Shown here piece by piece: positions 55,146 to 64,000 of a stretch of DNA of 64,000 nucleotides. The stretch is from Octopus vulgaris (taxonomy: Eukaryota). The translations under genes and the position numbers were made by a program. The DNA lies in contig OX597822.1 of NCBI GenBank assembly GCA_951406725.2, positions 101,494,001-101,558,000 of the forward strand, given 5' to 3'. Each line of letters begins with the position of its first letter. Position 1 is the stretch's first letter. Below the pieces are notes generated by a model. That model made no database searches, was not told where the DNA came from, and was given only the letters and a program-made list of their open reading frames with translations.

Positions 55146-55692
55146 TGGATAGGTGATAGAAAGATAGATAGATAGGTGAAAGAAAAAATTATTTGTAGTA
55201 GTATATTCCAAGAAAATGAAATATAGACGGTTCCAAGTGAAAATTAAAGTGTTTGAAATATAATGGTAGGTATAGTGATTTAATTCATTTCTAAATAAGT
55301 CCTCGGGTTGTTTGATATCTCTCACTGTTTGACATTTTACTTTGATCTCATGATGGTAGTTTCACCTTTACCCCTCCGCTTTCGTTCCTTTACAAACCGC
55401 CAGCTAAACTCAACATAAACTATGGAGAATTTACCAGTCAGTTGATCAAGACGCATTTATCTAATCATTGACCTTCGCCACTATTTCCAACGCCCAATTA
55501 ACTACTCCTACTATAATTCTATTCACATGAAGAGAAATACAAGAAGGCTATTTATGCATACAAGTATACGCAGGCTAACGTATGTTATATGTAAGACCAA
55601 CTTGTAAGACTTTATAACTCTATTTGTTTACACGCATTTATACTTACTTATCAAACACCAACGTACACTCATAAAACGAATCACATGATATA

Positions 55693-56143
55693 TATTTCTT
55701 TATTGCCCACAAGGGGCTAAACACTGAGAAGACAAACAAGGACAGACAAAGGGATTAAGTCGATTACATCGACCCCCAGTGTGTAACTGGTACTTAATTT
55801 ATCGATCCCGAAAGGATGAAAGGCAAAGTCGACCTCGGCGGAATTTGAACTCAGAACGCAACGGCAGACGAAATACGGCTACGCATTTCGCCCGGTGTGC
55901 TAACGATTCTTGTTTCTTTATTGCCCACAAGGGGCTAAACATAGAGGGGATAAACAAGGACAGACAAAGGGATTAAGTCGATTACATCGACCCCAGTGTG
56001 TAACTGGTACTTAATTTATCGACTCCGAAAGCATGAAAGGCAAAGTCGACCACGGCGGAATTTGAACTCAGAACATAACGGCAGACGAAATACCGCTAAG
56101 TATTTCGCCCGGCGTGCTAACGATTCTGCCAGCTCGCCGCCTT
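55693..56143 (-). mobile_element. SINE A dimer within one 16-bp TSD
   Basis: TSD CGAATCACAT(G/A)ATATA at 55677-55692 and 56144-56159; internal junction AAAGAAACAA|GAATCGTTAGC. Confidence 0.88.
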
Positions 56144-56604
56144 CGAATCACATAATATAAAAAGCCACACATAAACATACATTTCTGTTGGCATATTGGT
56201 ATTTTACAGTGTGTGAATAAGCTTACGTAAGCAAAAGAAGGAGAAAATAACAAAGTAAAAATATGCTTTGAAATTTCCGATTTAGATTCTAATTTCTTTA
56301 GGTATCATATAATTTTGTCTTTTGTACCTCTCTGTTATTAGAGAGACAGAGAGAACTTCCACCCTATTGTATTATCGATTCAGAAAATCATATCCCTTTA
56401 CTCTCCGAAAGCCACATCAAATTAGCACATGCAAAATGATATTTAACAAATATGGTGTAACCTATATGCAACAAAGTAAAACGCGAAAACTGACTGCAAA
56501 AATAAATAAATACAATGAGAGGAAAGTACAATAATTCCCGCGTGTTTGAAAGACTATCTGATAAAAGACATGCATTTATAGTTTCTGTTGCCACTGCTAG
56601 TTGC

Positions 56605-56621
56605 AACTGCTGCTACTGCCG

Positions 56622-56655
<34 letters not shown>

Positions 56656-57011
56656 CACCACTACCACTACTACTACTACTACTAGTACCACCACCACCAC
56701 CACCACCATCACCACCACAACCACTTCTACTACTACTCCCACCACCACCACCATTACTACTACCACCACCACCATCGCCACCATCACCACCACCACCACA
56801 CCACTACTACTACTACTCCCACCACCACCACCACCACCACCAATACTACTACTAATACTACTACTCCCACCACCACCACCACCACCACCACCACCACTAC
56901 TACACCCACCACCACCACCACCACCACCACTACCACTACTACTACTACTACTAGTACCACCACCACCACCACTACCACTACTACTACTACCACTACACCA
57001 CCACCACCACC

Positions 57012-57042
<31 letters not shown>

Positions 57043-57588
57043 GTACCACCACCACCACCACCACCATCACCACCACCACTACTACTACTACTACTCCCAC
57101 CACCGCCACCATTACTACTACCACCACCACCATCCCACCATCACCACCACCACCACTACTACTACTACTACTCCCACCACCACCACTACCACCACCAATA
57201 CTACTACTCCCACCACCACCACCACCACCACCACTACTACTACACCCACCACCACAACCACCACCACCACTACCACTACTACTACTACTACTACTAGTAC
57301 CACCACCACCACCACCACCATCACCACCACCACTACTACTACTACTACTCCCACCACCACCACCATTACTACTACCACCACCACCATCACCACCATCACC
57401 ACCACCACCACCACACCACTACTACTACTACTCCCACCACCACCACCACCACCACCAATACTACTACTAATACTACTACTCCCACCACCACCACCACCAC
57501 TACCGCTACTACTACACCCACCACCACCACCACCACCACCACTACCACTACTACTACTACTACTAGTACCACCACCACCACCACTACC

Positions 57589-57620
<32 letters not shown>

Positions 57621-57639
57621 CACCACCACCACCACTACC

Positions 57640-57671
<32 letters not shown>

Positions 57672-58068
57672 CACCACCACCACCACCATCACCACCACCA
57701 CTACTACTACTACTACTCCCACCACCGCCACCATTACTACTACCACCACCACCATCGCCACCATCACCACCACCACCACACCACCACACCACTACTACTA
57801 CTCCCACCACCACCACTACCACCACCAATACTACTACTCCCACCACCACCACCACCACCACCACCACCACCACTACTACTACTACTACTACCACCACCAC
57901 CACCATTACTACTACCACCACCACCATCACCACCATCACCACCACCACCACCACACCACTACTACTACTACTCCCACCACCACCACCACCACCACCACCA
58001 ATACTACTACTAATACTACTACTCCCACCACCACCACCACCACCACCACTACTACTACACCCACCACC

Positions 58069-58143
<75 letters not shown>

Positions 58144-58177
58144 GTTACTGCTGCTGCTGGCGCTGCTGCTGCTGCTG
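56605..58177. repeat. Complex (CCA)n/(CTA)n trinucleotide minisatellite with higher-order blocks
   Basis: Recurring landmarks CTAGTACC, CTACTCCCACC, CCATTACTAC, CCAATACTACTACTAATAC. Confidence 0.92.
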
Positions 58178-58443
58178 CGAAGTGAAATTGGAAAACTGAA
58201 ACAAGTAAGCCACAATGCGTTGCTTTTCTCTGGTCTTTGGTGTGTTTCCTTTACATTAAGTTTGTACTTCGTTCAAGCGAAAATCAAATTGCAGAGCGTT
58301 CCTCTTTGAAATCGGTTCGTCAGTGTGTGAACGGGGCAGATGTGGGAACAGGAGAGAACGAAGGTGGTGGTGGTGTTGGTGGTGGTGGTGGAGGTGATGA
58401 CAATACTGCTGATATAGGAATCTCAATATTGTATTATGTAATA

Positions 58444-58841
58444 CTAGCAGTATCGCCCGGCGTTGCTCGGGTTTGTAAGGGAAATAACTATATAAGCATT
58501 TTTAGAGATGTAAAGTAAAATATCCATCTCGATATGGCTAACCACAAAGGGGAGGGTGTTACTGTAGCTTTTTACGTTCTGAGAGTTAATAATACATTTT
58601 TAGAGAGTTACTTCCCTTAAATATGCCAAAAATGCATTAAAAATGGGAAAAATTGATGGTAATTTTTTTTTTTAAATCGTAGACTCATCGTAGACGCGCG
58701 CTAATACCCAGAAGGGCTCGATATGAATCACGACTATAAGATACCCGATTTTGGTTAAACTGCACCGCAAAATGTGGGAGTAGTTAGGAATCTAAATCGT
58801 AGGAGACAGACAGCACACAACCTCACTTTTATATATAAAGA
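58444..58841 (-). mobile_element. Non-autonomous Helitron, same family as 25386-25782
   Basis: 5' TC, 3' CTAG, CCCG..CGGG hairpin, A|T target. Confidence 0.9.
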
Positions 58842-59914
58842 TATATATATGAACGCTGCCTGCCATATCGTGATTGCTTCATATGAGGCATATATGTGTG
58901 TGTGAGTGGGTGTATGCATGCGTGTGTGTGCGGGAGTGCTTGCGTGTGCGCATGTATGTTCATACACAAAATTGTAAGTAACACTTTACACCATACTAAG
59001 GTATATTGGCAGTGTACAAAAGCTATACTACTTTGTGTGTTATGTGGAACACGTCACACATTAAATCATAAAAATACACCAACCACGTATATACGCACAC
59101 ATACGGAAATTCATATATATATAATATATAATATATAAATATATGCGTATATACATACATATATATGTATATATATACATGCATATATGGGTACAGGACA
59201 TCAAAAAAACGTTAAACACAATGAGAAACGAAAACATAAAAGCCAAAAAAATAGAAACGAACTTTTTTTCGGACAGCGAAAAAAAAAAACAAACAAGCAG
59301 AGAAACGAGACATACAATATATAGAATATTCCCCTTCTTCAGTTGTCCCTGTTTCATATACTCTGCGTTTCGAAGGTAGGGACAAGACGCGACTTCGTTG
59401 AAACAGTCCTTCCCGCAAGCAAATTAAATGAAATTTTCTGCGGAGGGTTAAAGGGGTAACAAGCATAGGACAGTAAGAACAAAACAGTAAAAGCAATAAA
59501 AGAAGTAAAAACAGTAAAAGATCTAACAAGAAGAACAAAACAGTAAAAACAAACGATGAGGGTTGTTAAGCTAAGACGATGGAAGAATTATTCTGAACGC
59601 TTAAGGAGACGGGCTTATGAAGAGACAGGATATGCCGGTTTAGTCTTTGTGAAGGTAATAGTTGGATTGATGGCTGCCCTCTCATCACGTGTCAGCGACG
59701 GGGGAGTTGAGGAGGAGTGAGAGAGAGGGAACGGTGAATGGGAGAGGAGAAGAATAGGGAAGGGTGGGAGAGAAAAACAGAAAGGATGAAGAACAAGAGA
59801 GGGAGAGAGAGAGACGATATAAATAACAATAACAATAACATAACTACAACGATAGTAACACTTGTAGCACCCTACACCCTGTCTTCCGCAACCCCAACAA
59901 CAAATCATACAACA

Positions 59915-60190
59915 TGACGAGGATCAGTACTATACCACTTCTTATGTCGGATTCTTTAATGGACAAATCATTGAATATTTTGCAATTCAGTTAGGTTTTT
60001 CCATCCACTAGAGGTGAGGTTTGAGTTAATTCTATGTTTGTGAAATATATTATAAGAGAAATTCAGAATGTGGTTAGAAAAGTCTTGGAGTGTTTTATTC
60101 CAACCTTCAGGTGGTAGATAATTGCTTTTGTTTTTAACAAGTGAATCGTCGTCCTTATAATAAGTAGTGCTTCTGTAAGTAGGAAATTCA
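59915..60190 (-). mobile_element. Decayed PLE RT N-terminal fragment
   Basis: NKSNYLPP...SNLT..KNLTEL, then (frameshift) NDLSIKESDIRSGIVLI, matching the PLE IKxADKGxxxVV motif. Confidence 0.6.
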
Positions 60191-60352
60191 TATTTATATA
60201 TACACACAATATATATGTATGCTTGTATGTATGTACATATAAGTGCATGCATGCACACAAAAATGGATACATGTGCATGTGGTGTCGTAAAATATTGATA
60301 TTACATATAATATGCACAAACCGGTCACGTGTATTCTAGAATATTCATTGCA

Positions 60353-60478
<126 letters not shown>

Positions 60479-60494
60479 CATTATTATTATTATT

Positions 60495-61025
60495 GAGTGA
60501 GAGAGCAGTGCATGCCATCAAAGTGACACTGGGGTAAAATATACGAAGCCCAGTATACCCATCATGACTACTAGTCTGATAAGGGTACACTAGGCACATG
60601 CATTACAACCATATGTGCGCGACATGGTGATCTCATATCAAGATAAACAACACATGACCTTGCAGGTGGGGCCTAATTAGAATTTTCTTCAGGTCGAGTA
60701 ACCCTTCCCGCTCAAAAGGTCCATGAATAAGGGTTGTTTAAGGATGTTGAACGAAACACCCATGTTTCCAGAGGTAAATTATTCAAACCCCAAAGAATCC
60801 CTCTCAACACATGGCTATGATGCTTCTCCACTACTTCAGAGATGCACATATCGTCAGCCACTGCGGGACATGTTCAACTGGTCTAGGTCAAACAACTGAC
60901 AAGCAAATCTGTGGTATTGAGCAGAATATTTGCTGTAGCCCATCTTTTATACCAAGTCAAAACAACGTACATGATAACACTTCCAATCAGTTAAGATCAG
61001 AAGCCATGAGAACCACATCAGGGCA
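60495..61025 (-). mobile_element. Non-autonomous (TAA)n-associated element
   Basis: Flanked by (TTA)n; tandem with the next copy; small internal deletions. Confidence 0.8.
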
Positions 61026-61097
<72 letters not shown>

Positions 61098-61652
61098 GAG
61101 TGAGCGAGCAGAGCATGCCATCAAAGTGACACTGGGGTAAAATATACGAAGCCCAGAATACCCATCATGACTACCTGTCTGATAAGGGTACACCAGGCAC
61201 ATGCATCACAACCATATGTGCGCGACATGGTGATCTCATATCAAGATAAACAGCACATGACCTTGCAGGTGGAGCCCAGTTAGAATTTTCTTCAGATCGA
61301 GTAACCCATCCCGCTCAAAAGGTCCCTGAATAAGGGTTGTTTAAGGACGTTGAACGAAACACCCATGTTTCCAGAGGTGAATTATTCAAACCCCAAAGAA
61401 TCCTTCTCAACACATGGCTATGATGCTCCCCCACTACTTCTGCTCGTGATCAGAGATGCACATATCGTCAGCCACTAAGGGACATGCTCAACTGGTTAAG
61501 GTCAAACAACTGACAAGCAAATCTGTGGTATTGAGCAGAATATTTGCTGTAGCCCATCTTTTATACCAAGACAAAATAATGTACATGATAACACTTCCAA
61601 TCAGTTAAGATCAGAAGCCATGAGAGCCACTGCCTGGTACTGCATCAGGGCA
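61098..61652 (-). mobile_element. Non-autonomous (TAA)n-associated element, apparently complete (~555 bp)
   Basis: Flanked by (TTA)n on both sides; no long ORF. Confidence 0.8.
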
Positions 61653-63266
61653 TTTATTATTATTATTATTATTATTGTTATTATTATTATTATTCTTATT
61701 ATTATTATTCCTGTGTCTAACTAATAGAAATCCCAGCTCTGTTAGTTCATCTGGGAAACCTTTCGCAGTTTTAAGTAAACTTTACAAGTGTGGAATTGCT
61801 GTCAACCGGGCTTGACTTCGATGCGTGAGAAGCCACTAAACATTTCCAATGCATTCATTCCTTGCACCATTGGATGTTGAATAATTTATTGATATATTGT
61901 TCCAGTGGAGATTTATTTTCTTAAGTGAGACATCCATTTCCAACTTCTTCGATCTCGTCCTTTAATTGTGTTAGAGTAATATATTTGCTGAAGATTATAT
62001 GATTGTCAAGCACCATTTCATGTGATCTATAAAAACACTTGAAATGTTATTAAACGGAAGATTGGAGTTGAATTAAATATTGATTGAGTCAATTATGAAC
62101 GTTGAGGAGGAGTTATAATTCCTTGGAATTTTAAATGTATAATTTGATCAGTTTATAGATGACTGATTGATACGTTTGTGAACAGAATTTCGGTTTATTG
62201 AGGAGGATTTGTGGACCTAATGATATGTAAAACCATATGTAAATGATGATAATAATGATAATAACCATAACGATGATGAGGTTATTGTTGTTGATGATGA
62301 AGATGATGTTGATGATAATGATCATCATCGCCATCATTTCCCTCGTCATTTCCTACACGATATGAAATGTAATATTTGTTGTATATTGTTAAGGTTTCAT
62401 ATGACAGCAATCCGTTATCAATGTAGAATTGAAACAAACCGATCTCTTGACAATTGCTATACTTATTTTCTATTTGAATAAACACGAATATTTTCGAAGT
62501 TCCTATTACAATATTCGACATCTATAATAACGTAAACCGCTTGACCTGTTTTCACTTCCGATTTATAAAATAGAGGACTTTAAAATATATATTCTTCATT
62601 TCAAAAGTTTGCTCAGCTACCTTTTCAGTTTCCTTTATAATTCGAAATAACATTCAAGCTTGGTGTTATAAGAGAATATTTTTTCTACTGGCAAATTTAC
62701 GCATATTTTTTTATATTATATTTACTTTGCAAAAGAAAAACACTGTTTGCAGGAGTTGTAAATCGACTCCATTGCCAACGTGATTGGTAATTTATTTTAT
62801 ATATATAAAACAGCACATTTTTCATTCTGGTTTCGAACCGTATAAAATCCTTTCGAAGAAAAGGCAAAATTGACTCAGTTGGATTGAACACAGAAAATAA
62901 AGGATCCCAACTAAAATTTTTAAAAAAGAGATGAAAAACTGCAAGAATTTTATTTTATGTCAATTCACCTCCGATGTTGACAGTAGATCTCCTAATCTGT
63001 TGAATATTGAAGTTTGATATGCCGGTCGGAATTTGAAATGTAGGGATTACCTTACTAATGTAAACCGTCTAATACCGTAAATGTCGTTTCATAGTGAGGA
63101 AGGGACTAAAACCACCCTTATATTTTCTATTCCACCACTAAAACAGACAAAAGTTAAAAGATAAAAGGTAAAATCCTGTCTTTCAGAAATAGCTGACTCG
63201 AGTATAGTAACATCCCCACAAGTCACATATATAAAGGCCTAAATGAATCAGGTCTCTTTGGATATA

Positions 63267-63502
63267 GAGTAATCCCTCGACTATTGCGCGTGTTACGTTC
63301 TAAAACCTCCCACAGAAATAATGAAAATCTAAAAAAATAAAAATACCTATCGGCTTAAGAAATCCGCGATATACTGAGGAAGCTGCGATATAGATTTACA
63401 TATATTAGCCAGAAAAATTCGCGATGTACTGAGTGTGCGATATGTAAACCGCGATGTACTGAGTGCACGATAGGTGAACCGCGATATGGCGAGAGATTAC
63501 TG
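63267..63502. mobile_element. Tigger/pogo-like MITE
   Basis: TA-GAGTAATCCCTCG...CGAGAGATTACTG-TA; internal repeats of CGCGAT(G/A)TACTGAG. Confidence 0.75.
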
Positions 63503-64000
63503 TAGATGTCTAGAAGAATCTTTGATTCCAGTTTCAAACCCCATAAAATTCTTTTGACAGCTGGGGCCACAACAAGCTGCAAATCTCATTATTCTAGGAC
63601 TTTGTTTTCAGCATTCAAGTTGCTGTATAACTGTAAAAGGTCGCGAAGGCAAAAATATTTTATTTCTGAAATATTTAATAAAGCATATAAAATATAAAAT
63701 GCGAATGAAAACTTAAGGGCCAAGAGAACCTCATAGAGTTTGAATTGTAATTTTAGAAGGACGAAATGATGGAGTATCTACTGTTTGTAACCACTCAAAC
63801 TTCAAGAAATGACAACGAAATCTGTCTCTAAAATAAAGTCTACTGCATTTAAAACAGAGACGAAGATTTTTACTATTATAGTCGGAAGGAGATATATCTG
63901 TAAACGGTAGATCGTAATGTATAGCGATTATTCAGTGATATGTTTAGCTGGACAGGGAAAGCCTTGATTTAAACAATAATATTAACGACAACAGCGAAAT

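Noticed and set aside
57118-58215. 365-aa Gly/Ser/Val-rich ORF resembling a structural protein
   Set aside because: Translation of the CCA/CTA minisatellite; it alternates between poly-Gly/Ser and poly-Val as the phase slips.
59330-59410. Minus-strand CTGAAGA and CGAAAC motifs as a hammerhead
   Set aside because: No consistent set of three stems around an intact core could be built; probably a decayed PLE terminus.

Overview
AT-rich, microsatellite-laden eukaryotic DNA made almost entirely of repeats. The repeat landscape suggests an octopus (coleoid cephalopod) intergenic or intronic region; that assignment is an inference. No intact host protein-coding gene could be supported, and most of the ORF track is translated microsatellite. 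Recognisable contents: decayed mariner, Tc1 and Chapaev3-like transposons; a Tigger-like MITE; three non-autonomous Helitrons; a same-orientation train of R4/Dong-clade LINEs and a non-autonomous family inserted in (TAA)n; CR1, RTE and Tx1/L1-like LINE fragments; Penelope-like elements (PLEs); and at least five modular tRNA-headed SINE families (my labels A-E). The most interesting signals are non-coding: (1) about a dozen hammerhead-ribozyme (HHR) motifs on both strands, several with a U.U or U.C pair at the base of stem II, and two pairs sitting back-to-back in fold-back palindromes; (2) a tRNA-headed SINE-like element whose 3' end matches the HHR-bearing end of a Naiad-type PLE; (3) a SINE whose tail matches a Tx1-like LINE and which nests in, or concatemerises with, its own family. 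All calls were made by eye; element boundaries are approximate unless a TSD or terminus is quoted.
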